Source: Treponemataceae bacterium (lineage in GTDB: Bacteria > Spirochaetota > Spirochaetia > Treponematales > Rectinemataceae). From it: a DNA stretch of 64,000 bases. Location of the stretch: assembly GCA_963667725.2 (NCBI GenBank), contig CAXXHO010000003.1, positions 1,056,001-1,120,000 of the forward strand, written 5' to 3'. Position 1 is the stretch's first letter. Every line of letters begins with the position of its first letter. The translations under genes were made by a program, and so were the position numbers. Positions 38,393-49,014 of the stretch are shown piece after piece. Under the pieces are notes generated by a model. The model had not been told where the DNA came from, searched no databases, and was given only the letters and a program-made list of their open reading frames with translations.

Positions 38393-40363
38393 ATGGCAGA
38401 ACTTACAAGACCTGAGCGCGTCGCCGAACTGGAAAAGCTCATCGTGACGCATCAGCGGCTCTACTATAACGCCGAGCCGGCGATCAGCGACGAAGAATTC
38501 GACGCGCTCTGGTCTGAACTGGAAGACCTGGATCCGGCCAACGCGCTTTTGCGAAGGATTGGCGAGGACAAGGCCGACGGCTGGCCAAAAGTCAGACATA
38601 CCATTCCGATGGGAAGCCAGGCTAAGGCTACCGATCCCGACTCCTTCGAAGCCTGGGCCAATAAGATGAAGTTCGAGAAGTATATCGTACAGTACAAGAT
38701 GGATGGGGCGAGCCTGGAAATCCAGTATCGAAACGGCCTTCTCGTCCGCGCGGTGACGCGAGGGGACGGAACGATAGGCGACGACATAACTCCGAACGCC
38801 CGCAGGATGATCGGGCTGCCCGCTACCTTGCCTTCGGCCTTTACGGGCGGCGTGCGCGGTGAAGTTCTCATGCCCAGGCGCGTTCATGACGAAAAATACG
38901 CCGACAAGGCCAATTGCAGGAACGCCGCCAACGGAATCATGAAGCGCAAGGACGGCGTCGGCTGTGAAGACTTGGCTGTCATCTGTTACGATGCCACCGG
39001 AAGCGTCGGTTCCCCGAAGGAGAAGGATCTATTCAGCGATGTGGACGCTCCCGCCGAGGAATCCTCTCCTTTTTCGAACGAAATGGAAAAGCTCGACTGG
39101 CTCGCCAGGATGGGTTTTTCGGTGGTTGCGACACGGGTTTTCGAGAACGTAAAGGAAGTGGTCGACTACAGGGGCAGGATAATGGCATTGCGCCCCAGCC
39201 TGGAGTACGATATTGACGGCCTCGTCGTAAAAGGTCTCGCCATCGACGAGGAAGATCTCGCGAAACCCCGGCCTGAAAAGCAGATAGCCTTCAAGTTCAG
39301 CCCCGAAGAGGCGGTAACAAGGCTGAAAGCCATCGAATGGAGCGAATCGGGATCCCTTTATACGCCCATCGGCATCGTCGATCCGGTGCGTCTCGCCGGC
39401 ACCACAGTCCAGCGCGCCAATCTCTGCAATCCCGACATGATCCGTTCCATGAAGCTGAAACTAGGTTCCCTGGTAGTGATAACCAAACGCGGCGAAATCA
39501 TACCCAAGATCGAGACGCTCGTGGAAAATCCGCCCGAAGCCTCCGACATCGAGCAGCCCAGCGTCTGTGGAACCTGCGGAACGCCCTTGGTCGATGAGGG
39601 GACGAGGCTTTTCTGCCCGAACGAGCTTTGTCCCAAGAAAGAGCTCCACCGAGTGGAAAAGTGGCTCACCATCCTGGACATAAGGGATTTCGGCTCGGCC
39701 CTTGTAAGGCGGCTTCATGAGGCGGGGAAGGTGAAGACTATCGCCGATCTCTATAGCCTCACCGTCGAGGAAATGCAGGGGATCGAGCATATGGGGAAGA
39801 TTTCGGCGCAGAAGGTGCTCCGCAATCTACATGCCGTCAAGGAAGTCAGCCTTGCCGAGTTCATCGCGGGATTCGATCTGGAAAACGTCGGCCTCCTCGT
39901 GGCCGACAAGCTTGCGAGGGGAGGATTCCCGACTTTAGCTTCCTTGTTCGGCGCGACCGATGCCGATCTCATAAAGATAGACGGCATCGCCGAGACGATG
40001 GCCGCCAGTATCATCAAGGGACTTGCCGCGGTGAAGGACGAGATGAAGCTCCTTCTTGAAGGCGGCGCCGTAATTATCAAGGAATCCGCCCTCGTTTCGG
40101 ATCGAGAGGTTCCCGGGAACCCGATCGCAGGCAAGAGCTTCTGTTTTACCGGGGAACTTCGATCGATGAAAAGGCCCGAAGCCGAAAAGAAAATCAGGGA
40201 TCTCGGGGGCACGGCTAAATCATCGGTCGTGAAAAACCTGGACTTCCTTGTCACCAACGACCCCGGATCGGGATCCGACAAGAACCGGAAGGCGAGGGGA
40301 TACGGAGTGGCCATCATCGGCGAGGATGAGCTGCTCGCCATGTTTGCCGCTTCGCAGCCTTGA
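38393..40363 (+). CDS. ligA: NAD-dependent DNA ligase
   Basis: YYN..ISDEEFD, KMDG, VTRGDG, RNAANG, zinc finger, BRCT; the start is moved to ATG 38393. Confidence 0.96.
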   Translation: MAELTRPERVAELEKLIVTHQRLYYNAEPAISDEEFDALWSELEDLDPANALLRRIGEDKADGWPKVRHTIPMGSQAKATDPDSFEAWANKMKFEKYIVQYKMDGASLEIQYRNGLLVRAVTRGDGTIGDDITPNARRMIGLPATLPSAFTGGVRGEVLMPRRVHDEKYADKANCRNAANGIMKRKDGVGCEDLAVICYDATGSVGSPKEKDLFSDVDAPAEESSPFSNEMEKLDWLARMGFSVVATRVFENVKEVVDYRGRIMALRPSLEYDIDGLVVKGLAIDEEDLAKPRPEKQIAFKFSPEEAVTRLKAIEWSESGSLYTPIGIVDPVRLAGTTVQRANLCNPDMIRSMKLKLGSLVVITKRGEIIPKIETLVENPPEASDIEQPSVCGTCGTPLVDEGTRLFCPNELCPKKELHRVEKWLTILDIRDFGSALVRRLHEAGKVKTIADLYSLTVEEMQGIEHMGKISAQKVLRNLHAVKEVSLAEFIAGFDLENVGLLVADKLARGGFPTLASLFGATDADLIKIDGIAETMAASIIKGLAAVKDEMKLLLEGGAVIIKESALVSDREVPGNPIAGKSFCFTGELRSMKRPEAEKKIRDLGGTAKSSVVKNLDFLVTNDPGSGSDKNRKARGYGVAIIGEDELLAMFAASQP

Positions 40364-40425
40364 ACGACAGAGCCCCGAAGCGATAGTATCGGATAACCTT
40401 AGCGATGATTGCGGAGAAACATGCG

Positions 40426-42213
40426 ATGACCGATATCAAGAGACTTTGGAAAGAGCGCGTCCACCAGGCGCTGCGGGAGATGGCGGCGAGTTGCGGCCTG
40501 GATGCTGCGGCCATAGGCCTGGACGCCATCGTCGTGGAATTCCCTCCCAAGCCCGAACTGGGCGACATAGGCTTTCCGATGTTCGGCTACGCCAAGCAGA
40601 TGAAAAAAAGTCCGGCGGCCATTGCGCTAGAATTGGAAAGAACGCTGGGGGCTGAGAAGAACGGCTCTTCCGCTGGCGGCGACTCGACCGGAAATAGCGG
40701 AACCGCGAAAGCTGTCGGACCCTATCTCAATGTCTTCCTGAACCGTGTCTCCGCGGGCGCGGAAATACTCCGGCGCGGCGAAAGCTCCGACTGGAATTCC
40801 TCCAAACCCATGGCCGGCCGCAAGGTCATGATAGAATTTTCCTGCCCCAATACGAACAAACCGCTGCACTTGGGCCACCTGCGCAACAACATCCTCGGAG
40901 AGTCTCTCTCCAGGATCACCAAGGCGGCCGGCGCCGATGTCAGGAAAGTGAACCTCATCAACGACCGCGGCGTCCACATATGCAAATCGATGCTCGCCTA
41001 CATGGCTTATGGCCAAGGGCATAGTCCCGAGGACGAAGGGCTCAAGAGCGATCACTTCGTGGGCAAATACTACGTGCTCTTCAATACCTTGAAGGCAGAG
41101 GATCCCAAGGCCGAGGAAAAAGCCCAGGAGCTTCTGCAGAAGTGGGAAGCGGGCGATCCCGAGGTCATCGCGCTTTGGAAAAAGATGAACAAGTGGGCCG
41201 TGGACGGTATCAAGACCACCTATGCCCGGCAGGGTGTGGATTTCGACGCCTACTACTATGAGAGCCTCACCTACATGAAGGGCAAGGACAAGGTCCTCGA
41301 GGGCTTGCGGGAAGGCATCTTCTATCGGGAGGATGACGGTTCGGTCTGGGTCAATCTCGAGGATATCGGCCTCGACAGAAAAGTTCTGCTGCGCAAGGAC
41401 GGAACGAGCATCTATATCACCCAGGACATAGGCACGGCCATCTACCGCCATGCCGACTGGCCCTTCGAGCAGCTCATCTACGTGGTGGCCAGCGAGCAGC
41501 AGTATCATTTCAAAGCCCTTTTCGAGATCCTTAAAAGGCTTGGCTACGATTGGGCCGCCAACCTCTACCATCTAGCCTACGGGCTCGTGAACCTTCCGTC
41601 GGGAAGAATGAAGACAAGGGAAGGCACGGTGGTGGACGCGGATGATCTCATCGACGAGCTGGCGAGCCTGGCTGAGAAGGAAATCGTGGCCAAGGGCCGC
41701 GACGCGACGGTAGGCGACGTTAAGACCGTCTCCGAGAAGGTCGCGCTGGGAGCCCTTCATTACTATCTCCTCCAAACCTCCCCCACGAAGGACATGCTCT
41801 ACGATCCGGAACAATCCCTTTCCTTCACGGGGAATACAGGCCCCTACATCCAGTACATGGGAGCCAGGGCCAGCTCCATCCTTCGCAAATACGGGCAGGG
41901 CGAGGGAAACGCGCGGAATGGGACCGTGTCGATGGCGGCCCTCTCGAGCGACGCCGACTGGAACCTTATACGCAGGCTGACCTCCTTCCCCGAATCCCTC
42001 GAGCTCGCGGCGAGAACCAAGGAACCTTCGGTTATGGCGGCTTATGCCCACGATGTAGCCTCGGATTTTTCCTCCTGGTACAGGGACAACCAAGTGCTGA
42101 ACAGCCCCGATCCCGATCTTTCAGCCAGCAGGGTCGCGCTTGTGAGAGCAGTCAAGGCCACCCTCGAAGCCGTATGTGAAATGCTCTGCATTCCCTTTCT
42201 TGAAGTGATGTGA
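40426..42213 (+). CDS. argS: Arginyl-tRNA synthetase
   Basis: EFSCPNTNKPLHLGHLRN, MKTREG, GNTGPYIQY. Confidence 0.97.
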   Translation: MTDIKRLWKERVHQALREMAASCGLDAAAIGLDAIVVEFPPKPELGDIGFPMFGYAKQMKKSPAAIALELERTLGAEKNGSSAGGDSTGNSGTAKAVGPYLNVFLNRVSAGAEILRRGESSDWNSSKPMAGRKVMIEFSCPNTNKPLHLGHLRNNILGESLSRITKAAGADVRKVNLINDRGVHICKSMLAYMAYGQGHSPEDEGLKSDHFVGKYYVLFNTLKAEDPKAEEKAQELLQKWEAGDPEVIALWKKMNKWAVDGIKTTYARQGVDFDAYYYESLTYMKGKDKVLEGLREGIFYREDDGSVWVNLEDIGLDRKVLLRKDGTSIYITQDIGTAIYRHADWPFEQLIYVVASEQQYHFKALFEILKRLGYDWAANLYHLAYGLVNLPSGRMKTREGTVVDADDLIDELASLAEKEIVAKGRDATVGDVKTVSEKVALGALHYYLLQTSPTKDMLYDPEQSLSFTGNTGPYIQYMGARASSILRKYGQGEGNARNGTVSMAALSSDADWNLIRRLTSFPESLELAARTKEPSVMAAYAHDVASDFSSWYRDNQVLNSPDPDLSASRVALVRAVKATLEAVCEMLCIPFLEVM

Positions 42214-42335
42214 GAGGGAAGAAAGGCCATAAGCGTAGATTCCACGTAACATTAATCTGCCTATGGGTTGACATCCTGGGCCCGCGCGGTGTATAAAACT
42301 GCGCTACGTATGGATTTTTGACGAGGATAGCAAAG

Positions 42336-42650
42336 ATGTATGCAGTTGTAGAAATTAACGGAAAACAATATCGCGCCGAACAAGGCAAAGCCCTGACGGT
42401 GGACAGGATCGACGAAGAAGCAGGCTCGAACGTTTCGTTCGACAAGGTTCTTCTGCTCTCCGGAGAAGCCGGGGTGAAAATCGGCAGTCCCTATGTCGAA
42501 GGCGCCAGCGTAAAGGCTGTCATCGACGCGGAGATAAAGGCCGACAAAGTCATCGTGTTCAAGTACAAGCCCAAGAAGGACTACAGGCGAACGCAGGGAC
42601 ACAGACAGCGCTACACGGTACTCAAGGTTCAGGAAATTATCGGCGCCTGA
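42336..42650 (+). CDS. rplU: 50S ribosomal protein L21
   Basis: MYAVVEINGKQY...GHRQRYT. Confidence 0.97.
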   Translation: MYAVVEINGKQYRAEQGKALTVDRIDEEAGSNVSFDKVLLLSGEAGVKIGSPYVEGASVKAVIDAEIKADKVIVFKYKPKKDYRRTQGHRQRYTVLKVQEIIGA

Positions 42651-42677
42651 CGCGCCAAAAGCATAGGGGAGAATATC

Positions 42678-42923
42678 ATGCCACACAAGGGTGTAAATGG
42701 TCGCGACTCGAATCCTCAGCATCTTGGCGTTAAGAAGTTTGCGAACGAGGCGGTTCTCGCCGGTTCCATCATCGTCAGGCAGCGGGGCAGCAAGATCAAT
42801 CCGGGACTCAATGTCGGAATCGGCAAGGACGATACGCTTTTCGCCCTCGTCGACGGAATGGTTTCCTTCAAGGAAGTCAAGGGCAAGAAATTCGCCCAAG
42901 TCGAGCCTTTCCCGGCTGAATAA
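42678..42923 (+). CDS. rpmA: 50S ribosomal protein L27
   Basis: [27 protein letters not shown]. Confidence 0.97.
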   Translation: MPHKGVNGRDSNPQHLGVKKFANEAVLAGSIIVRQRGSKINPGLNVGIGKDDTLFALVDGMVSFKEVKGKKFAQVEPFPAE

Positions 42924-42968
42924 TTCGAATACGGAATATTTCCGTGCCGCGTTCTGCGGCACGGCCAG

Positions 42969-42997
42969 GAGCCGCTCGATGTCGGGCGGCTCTTTTT
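42969..42997 (+). terminator. Intrinsic terminator after rpmA
   Basis: GAGCCGC...GCGGCTC followed by TTTTT. Confidence 0.75.
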
Positions 42998-43049
42998 GCG
43001 TCTTGCCGCATGGCATTCGAATTGGTATTTTCTCTTAACGGAGTCACTT

Positions 43050-44210
43050 GTGATAAAATTCGCGGATGAGGCGACGATTACCGTCGCATCGGGAAAAGGC
43101 GGCGATGGCTGCGTAGCGTTCCGGCGCGAAAAGTACATACCCATGGGCGGTCCTTCCGGCGGCGATGGCGGAAAGGGCGGCGACGTCATCTTCCTCGTTA
43201 AAAGCAATGTCAGAACCCTTTCCTTCCTGCGCTTCAGGCAGACATTCAAGGCTCAGAACGGCATCCCCGGCATGGGCAGGAATATGCACGGCAAGGACGG
43301 CGAGGATATCGTCATTCCCGTACCTCCGGGCACCGTCGTCAAGGACGCCGAAACGGACGAAATCATCAAGGATTTCGGTTCCGCTTCAGGCGGCCGAAGC
43401 GTGAAAGAAGGCGAAAGCTGGGTTTTTCTCAAGGGCGGAAAGGGCGGCTGGGGTAATACGCATTTCAAGAATTCCGTAAACCAGGCCCCGAAAATTTCGA
43501 TGCCGGGACAGCCGGGCCATGAGAGGAAACTCAAGATAGAGTTGAGCCTCATCGCCGACGTAGGCTTGGTGGGTTTCCCGAACGCCGGCAAATCAAGTCT
43601 CCTGGACGCTTTTACGAACGCGCGACCTAAAATCGCTCCCTATCCTTTCACGACCAAGATTCCGAACCTGGGGGTTCTGAGCCTCCACGACCGCGACATA
43701 ATCCTGGCCGACATTCCCGGCATCATAGAGGGCGCGCACGACGGCGCCGGACTGGGAATACGGTTCCTGAAGCACATAGCCCGCACGGCCTGTCTCGCCT
43801 TTCTAGTTGACCTGTCCGATGAAAACTGGAAAAGCGCCTTCACCGTCCTTAAAAGTGAGCTGCAGTCGTTCTCGCCGGTGCTTGCGCAGAAATCCAGAAT
43901 CATCATAGGGACGAAGCTCGACCTGCCCGAGGCTAAGGAGCGCTTCTCGGAATTCGCGGCCCAGTTCCCCGGCGAGACCATCTTCGGAATTTCCGTTTTC
44001 AGCACCGAGGGGCTGGATGAGCTGAAGGAAGCACTTTTCCGGCAGGTTGTCGATTACGAGAAAGCCAGCGAAAAGGAAAAGGCGAACGGGATGACAGGCG
44101 GATTTTTCGACACGAGCGCTTTCGATACGGACACTTTCGATAGCGGAGCCAGCGCTGTCGGCGACAATGCGGCAGGCAATGACGGGGCGGGAGAGGATCA
44201 GCTCAGGTGA
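43050..44210 (+). CDS. obgE: GTPase Obg/CgtA
   Basis: [32 protein letters not shown] start at 43050. Confidence 0.97.
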   Translation: MIKFADEATITVASGKGGDGCVAFRREKYIPMGGPSGGDGGKGGDVIFLVKSNVRTLSFLRFRQTFKAQNGIPGMGRNMHGKDGEDIVIPVPPGTVVKDAETDEIIKDFGSASGGRSVKEGESWVFLKGGKGGWGNTHFKNSVNQAPKISMPGQPGHERKLKIELSLIADVGLVGFPNAGKSSLLDAFTNARPKIAPYPFTTKIPNLGVLSLHDRDIILADIPGIIEGAHDGAGLGIRFLKHIARTACLAFLVDLSDENWKSAFTVLKSELQSFSPVLAQKSRIIIGTKLDLPEAKERFSEFAAQFPGETIFGISVFSTEGLDELKEALFRQVVDYEKASEKEKANGMTGGFFDTSAFDTDTFDSGASAVGDNAAGNDGAGEDQLR

Positions 44211-44785
44211 AAACCGCCATCTTCGGTGGGACGTTCAATCCGGTTCATATCGGCCATCTTGTCATAGCCGAGGAAGTGCTCGCTCAGACCGACTGCGATA
44301 GGATACTATTCATACCAGCCTATAATCCTCCGCATAAGAGTATAGATGACCCCGGTCCCGCCCTTCGGCTGGAGATGCTGGAGAAGAGCGTACAAGGCAA
44401 TCCAAGATTCAGCGTCAGCGACTGCGAAATCCGCAGGTCGGGCGTTTCCTACAGCATAGACACCATCCGCTATCTTGTCGGCAATGGTCTCGTCGAAGCC
44501 AAACCCAGCCTCATCATGGGCGACGATCTCATAGCGGGCTTTGACGGCTGGAAGGAAGCGGATGCCATTCTGCGCGAGAGTTCCCTTATCGTCGTGCACC
44601 GGCTTTCCGATACCAGACTCCCCATGAACCATTCCCATCGCTATATCGATAACGCGATATTCCCTGTGTCGTCCACGATCGTCAGGGAAAAAATCGCCCA
44701 AAAGAAAGCCTGGCGCTATCTGGTGCCCGAAGCCGCGCGGAAAATCATCGAGGAGCATGGACTATATGGACTCCAGAAGTCTTGA
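44207..44785 (+). CDS. nadD: Nicotinate-nucleotide adenylyltransferase
   Basis: GGTFNPVHIGH, PPHK, SYSIDT, VSST. Confidence 0.95.
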   Translation: MKTAIFGGTFNPVHIGHLVIAEEVLAQTDCDRILFIPAYNPPHKSIDDPGPALRLEMLEKSVQGNPRFSVSDCEIRRSGVSYSIDTIRYLVGNGLVEAKPSLIMGDDLIAGFDGWKEADAILRESSLIVVHRLSDTRLPMNHSHRYIDNAIFPVSSTIVREKIAQKKAWRYLVPEAARKIIEEHGLYGLQKS

Positions 44786-45380
44786 ACCTCTTGTCCGCGG
44801 CAATTTGAACGAATTCTGCAAGCCCTCGCGGATCGAGCATTCGCTGTCGGTGGCGGCGATGGCTTCCAGACTATGCGTCCGGTTTGGGCAGGATCCCGAA
44901 GATGGCTATGTCGCCGGTCTCGCCCACGACCTCATGAAGGACAAGCCCGTGGAATTCCAGTGGGAGCTGGCCAGGGAGGCCGCTTCCGAGCCTGGTCTCG
45001 ACTTTATCGCTTCCGTCGTCAGCCGCATGGATGAGGAAAGGTCTTTCGCCGACAAGATCATCCATGGTCCCGCCGCGGCAGTCTTCCTGCGTCGCGAGCG
45101 CGAGGTTCGGGACCATGACATGCTCGAAGCCGTAGCCCTCCATTCGTCGGCATCAGCGTCCATGTCGGAGCTCGCCAAGATAATTTTCGTAGCGGACAAG
45201 ATGGAGCCGCGGCGCGATTACATCACGCAGGACGAATTGTCGCAGGTCGAAATCCTTGACCTGGACGCCCTTTTACTTTACGCGCTGAACTTGAGCATGG
45301 GCTGGCTCAGGAAAAATAACCACGCTATTGCCCAAAGCACTCTCGACTTATACAATGCCCTCACGATGAGTGATAATTGA
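44757..45380 (+). CDS. yqeK: YqeK-family HD hydrolase (Ap4A hydrolase)
   Basis: RIEHS, LAHD, HG, IFVADKMEP; follows nadD. Confidence 0.85.
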   Translation: MDYMDSRSLEPLVRGNLNEFCKPSRIEHSLSVAAMASRLCVRFGQDPEDGYVAGLAHDLMKDKPVEFQWELAREAASEPGLDFIASVVSRMDEERSFADKIIHGPAAAVFLRREREVRDHDMLEAVALHSSASASMSELAKIIFVADKMEPRRDYITQDELSQVEILDLDALLLYALNLSMGWLRKNNHAIAQSTLDLYNALTMSDN

Positions 45381-45381
45381 A

Positions 45382-46557
45382 ATGAGAAAAATCAGATTCA
45401 ATAAAAGCCATATTCTTCTATGGGTAATTCTGGCGCTTTTCGCCTCCGCTGTCGTCGTCGGCGCCGTGGCGCTGAGGGCTGAGAGTCTTTCGATGCAGCT
45501 GAAGACCGACAGGCCGATCAATATCCTCCTCATTTTCGAGCAGAGGAATAAGCCGGTTTCGACGCAACTTCTGATGTTCTACGCTTCCAAATCCAAGGCG
45601 GCCCTCCTCGATATACCGGCCAATACGGCAGTCATCCTTAAGACGATCAAGCGCATGGACAGGATCGACTATATATACAAAGCGGGCAGCCCCAAGAATT
45701 TCCTGACCGAGATATCAAGCTACCTCGATATCCCCTTGAACGGATATCTTCTTTTCAACGAGAAAAGCCTCAGCACCATGGTCGACCTCCTCGATGGACT
45801 CCAGCTTTTCATACCGTCCATGATCATCCAGGAAGGCGAGGCGGGAGTGATGCTCCCCGGCGGCGCGGTAAACCTCGACGGCGACAAAGTATCGCAGTAC
45901 CTTCGTTATAAAGAAGAGAACGAGAGCGAGGGCGACACCCTCGTGCGGAGGCAGAAACTGTCCATAGCCTTGCTTAAAAAACTCTCCGACAAGTCCAAGT
46001 ATTTTGACGATAAAAGGGCGTCGGCGACCCTCGCAGCGGCCATGGACAGCAATTTCAACGCCGAGGCCAAAAAGATGCTGGTCCGGGAGATAGCGAAGCT
46101 GGACGCCGATTCCATTCTCCTGCAGAAAATCACCGGAATATACAGGAACGTGGAGGGACAGAGCCTTTTCTTTCCTTTCTACGACGGGGAGCTGGCCCGC
46201 GACATGCTTAAGCAGACGCTCAATGCCATGAACGCTTCAAATGTCGCGTCATCGAGCAGCAAGATCTATACGGTGGAGATCCTGAACGGCACGACGGAGA
46301 GGGGGCTAGCCGCCCGAACCGCCGAAATATTCGGCAGCTTCGGCTACGATGTCGTTGCCGTAGGTAACGCCGCCACCTTGGATTACGCGAAAACAGTCCT
46401 GATCGATCGTTTTGGCGACAAGGAAGCCTTGTCCTCAATCGCCGGCGTCATTAAATGTACGAACTTCTCCGAAGCGGCCGAATACACCGGAAAAATAAAG
46501 GCCGACTATACGATAATTCTGGGGAATGATTTCAATGGGAGGGTTTGTGTCCGATAG
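45382..46557 (+). CDS. LCP-family protein with LytR C-terminal domain
   Basis: N-terminal TM, DIP, LDGDK..YLRY, VEILNGT...GLA, IILGND. Confidence 0.85.
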   Translation: MRKIRFNKSHILLWVILALFASAVVVGAVALRAESLSMQLKTDRPINILLIFEQRNKPVSTQLLMFYASKSKAALLDIPANTAVILKTIKRMDRIDYIYKAGSPKNFLTEISSYLDIPLNGYLLFNEKSLSTMVDLLDGLQLFIPSMIIQEGEAGVMLPGGAVNLDGDKVSQYLRYKEENESEGDTLVRRQKLSIALLKKLSDKSKYFDDKRASATLAAAMDSNFNAEAKKMLVREIAKLDADSILLQKITGIYRNVEGQSLFFPFYDGELARDMLKQTLNAMNASNVASSSSKIYTVEILNGTTERGLAARTAEIFGSFGYDVVAVGNAATLDYAKTVLIDRFGDKEALSSIAGVIKCTNFSEAAEYTGKIKADYTIILGNDFNGRVCVR

Positions 46558-46927
46558 TAAATCGCTTGCATTCAATATCGCGTCCATTCTCGCCGAGCAT
46601 AAAGCCGGCGATGTGGTCGTGATGGATCTGACGGGGATCGCCGGATGGACGGATTATTTCGTCATTGGCACCAGCACCTCGATTACCCACCTGCGCGGCC
46701 TGTCACGTTTCGTGGACGCCTATCTCACGGAGGTTAAGCAGAAACCGCTCAATAAACCCGTGGCCACGGAGGATGAAAGCTGGCTTCTCCATGACTTTGG
46801 CGATGTAATCGTTCATATCATGAGTCAGGAAGCGCGAACATTCTACGAGCTGGAAAAGCTTTGGTTCAAGGCAAAAGTCTTCAAGATCGAAGCGTCTCCC
46901 GGCAGACAGGAAACGGCGGAGGAGTAA
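46547..46927 (+). CDS. rsfS: Ribosome silencing factor
   Basis: DYFVIGT, WLLHDFGDVIVHI, FYELEKLW. Confidence 0.95.
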   Translation: MSDSKSLAFNIASILAEHKAGDVVVMDLTGIAGWTDYFVIGTSTSITHLRGLSRFVDAYLTEVKQKPLNKPVATEDESWLLHDFGDVIVHIMSQEARTFYELEKLWFKAKVFKIEASPGRQETAEE

Positions 46928-46965
46928 CCGCATCAGGCTCTTTGAGATTAGGCTCTTCAAGGCAT

Positions 46966-47012
46966 AAAAAGAAGGCTGCCCGGCGATGAAACCTCGCGGA
47001 CAGCCTTCTTTT
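46966..47012. terminator. Bidirectional terminator
   Basis: AAAAAGAAGGCTG...CAGCCTTCTTTTT between convergent genes. Confidence 0.8.
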
Positions 47013-47034
47013 TCGTTTCTAACGTTACGGCGCT

Positions 47035-47370
47035 TTACTCGTCGAGATCGTCATACTCCACGTCGTCATCGTAGCCGAACTCGTCATCGTCGTCATCGTC
47101 GAAATCGTCGTCTTCGTCATCGAAGTCGTCGTCATCGTCGAAATCATCGTCTTCGTCGTCAAAATCGTCGTCATCATCGAACTCGTCTTCGTCGTCGCTC
47201 ATATCATCCTCTTCCTCGTCGAAATCCTCATAATCGGCGTCATAGCTGTCATCAAAATGAACCGGGGAACGGAGCACAAAACCCGCGTTTTCTATAGAGC
47301 CTTCTCCGGCTATCGTAACAAGTTCGTATTCCGATTCAGTCGATGCAAATGCGCTATAAATGGGGGTCAT
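47035..47370 (-). CDS. Small, highly acidic hypothetical protein (111 aa)
   Basis: GAGGGAGG RBS, an upstream TTGACG-17-CATAGT promoter candidate, and a downstream terminator; the C-terminal two-thirds is D/E with spaced F/Y. Confidence 0.75.
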   Translation of the reverse strand: MTPIYSAFASTESEYELVTIAGEGSIENAGFVLRSPVHFDDSYDADYEDFDEEEDDMSDDEDEFDDDDDFDDEDDDFDDDDDFDDEDDDFDDDDDDEFGYDDDVEYDDLDE

Positions 47371-47599
47371 CGCAGTTTCCTCCCTCACCTTACCATCGAA
47401 AAGTCTCAAAGCCTGCGTACTATGCTTACATTAAGCGGGCGCGTCAAGCCCCATTTATTTCATCTGGCAACGAAAATCTAAAGAGCATATTGGAATCTGT
47501 CAACTGCAAAAACGTATTTTCAGGCAAAAAAAGAACAAGATAGGGTAAAGGAGAAAAAATCTTTGACACAGAACCCTTTTGATACTAGATTCTTAGTCC

Positions 47600-48535
47600 A
47601 TGAAGCGTGAAATCGCGATCGAAGCCTTCGCGAAGATCAATATCGGGCTTGAGATCGGGAAAACCCGTCCGGACGGCTATCATCCCATCCTTGGCATTTT
47701 CCAGTCGGTGGGCATATCAGACAAAATAGTCTTTTCAAGGCGGGAATCCGGGGGCATCGCCGTCGAAGGCGCCTTCGATTGCCGCCCCGAGGACACGACG
47801 GTCTATAAGGCGGCCGATCTGTTCAGTAAGCGGTACGGAATGCCGGGTGGTTTCACCGCTTTCGTGGAAAAAGGCATACCCTCGAAGGCCGGCCTGGGCG
47901 GAGGTTCGGCCGACGCCGCGGCCGCCATTGTAGCCCTGGACAGGCTTTATGGCACTCACCTTGCCGCTTCCGAACTACGCGAAATGGCTGCCCGCATCGG
48001 CGCCGACGTCCCATTCTTCCTCTCCGGCGGCGCGGCCATAGTCTCAGGCATTGGCGATATCATTGAACCCATCGAACCCCGAAGCGATTTCGCCATTCTC
48101 CTCATCCAACCGAATTTCGGCGTGTCGACCAAATGGGCCTTTGCCGAATTGGATTCGTTCCGGCGTTGCGATGAAGCGTCCTCCAATGCCGAAGATGATC
48201 CTGGGGATCTTGATATCCGTAAAGGCGAGCTTCTGTCCGCCTATAGAGGCCCGCTCGAAGCGTGGAGGTTCGATAATTCCTTCAGGAAGATGCTGTACCA
48301 TAATTTCCCCGTTTATGTCGATCTGGAAAAGATGCTCAGGAAAGCGGGGGCGCTTCATGTTTCCATAACGGGATCGGGTTCCTGCATGTACGGAGTGTTC
48401 GGCTCGATCGAGGATGCCCATCTCGCGGAAGCGAAGCTGAAGTCCGGAGCCGATGACGGAAATGCGGAAAATACCTTATACGGCATGGGGTTGCATCCAA
48501 TAAAACCGCTTGAAACAAGTCTGTATCTAGGCTAA
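47600..48535 (+). CDS. ispE: CDP-ME kinase
   Basis: [35 protein letters not shown]. Confidence 0.96.
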   Translation: MKREIAIEAFAKINIGLEIGKTRPDGYHPILGIFQSVGISDKIVFSRRESGGIAVEGAFDCRPEDTTVYKAADLFSKRYGMPGGFTAFVEKGIPSKAGLGGGSADAAAAIVALDRLYGTHLAASELREMAARIGADVPFFLSGGAAIVSGIGDIIEPIEPRSDFAILLIQPNFGVSTKWAFAELDSFRRCDEASSNAEDDPGDLDIRKGELLSAYRGPLEAWRFDNSFRKMLYHNFPVYVDLEKMLRKAGALHVSITGSGSCMYGVFGSIEDAHLAEAKLKSGADDGNAENTLYGMGLHPIKPLETSLYLG

Positions 48536-48578
48536 AATCCAAATATGTAACTGCGTACACAAAAGGAGCGTCCTTACT

Positions 48579-48863
48579 ATGGAAATTACGGACATCCGAA
48601 TCCGCAAAGTTCCGACTGAGGGGAAGTTGAAGGCGTATGTAACCGTCACCTTTGATGAATGCTTCGTGGTGCACAATGTGAAGATAATCGAGGGGAAGAA
48701 CGGAGTCTTCATCGCGATGCCCAGCAGAAGGACGAACACGGGGGAGTACAAGGATATCGCTCACCCGATATGTCCGAATTTCAGAACGCGCCTTCAGGAG
48801 CGAATACTCGCGGCCTATGCTTCAGACGCTGGAACCGACGCGACAGTCCCGGAATTCGACTGA
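48579..48863 (+). CDS. spoVG: SpoVG
   Basis: MEITDIRI...[25 protein letters not shown]. Confidence 0.96.
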   Translation: MEITDIRIRKVPTEGKLKAYVTVTFDECFVVHNVKIIEGKNGVFIAMPSRRTNTGEYKDIAHPICPNFRTRLQERILAAYASDAGTDATVPEFD

Positions 48864-48903
48864 TCTAGCAGCAGCACCGAGCGCTGGACAGATACTCAGA
48901 ATT

Positions 48904-48975
48904 TGGGACGTCGGCAAGCGGTAAGCCCCCGGGTTTTGGTCCCGGTATTCGCAGGTTCGAATCCTGCCGTCCCAG
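48904..48975 (+). tRNA. tRNA-Gln (TTG)
   Basis: TGGGACG...CGTCCCA acceptor stem; anticodon arm CCGGG-TTTTGGT-CCCGG; GGTTCGAATCC. Confidence 0.95.
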
Positions 48976-49014
48976 TACGGCTTAAAAAGCCAAATGCGTA
49001 AGGAGAGATTCAGT

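Noticed and set aside
44095..44145. [13 protein letters not shown] repeat in the Obg C-terminus
   Set aside because: A variable acidic tail is normal for Obg proteins.
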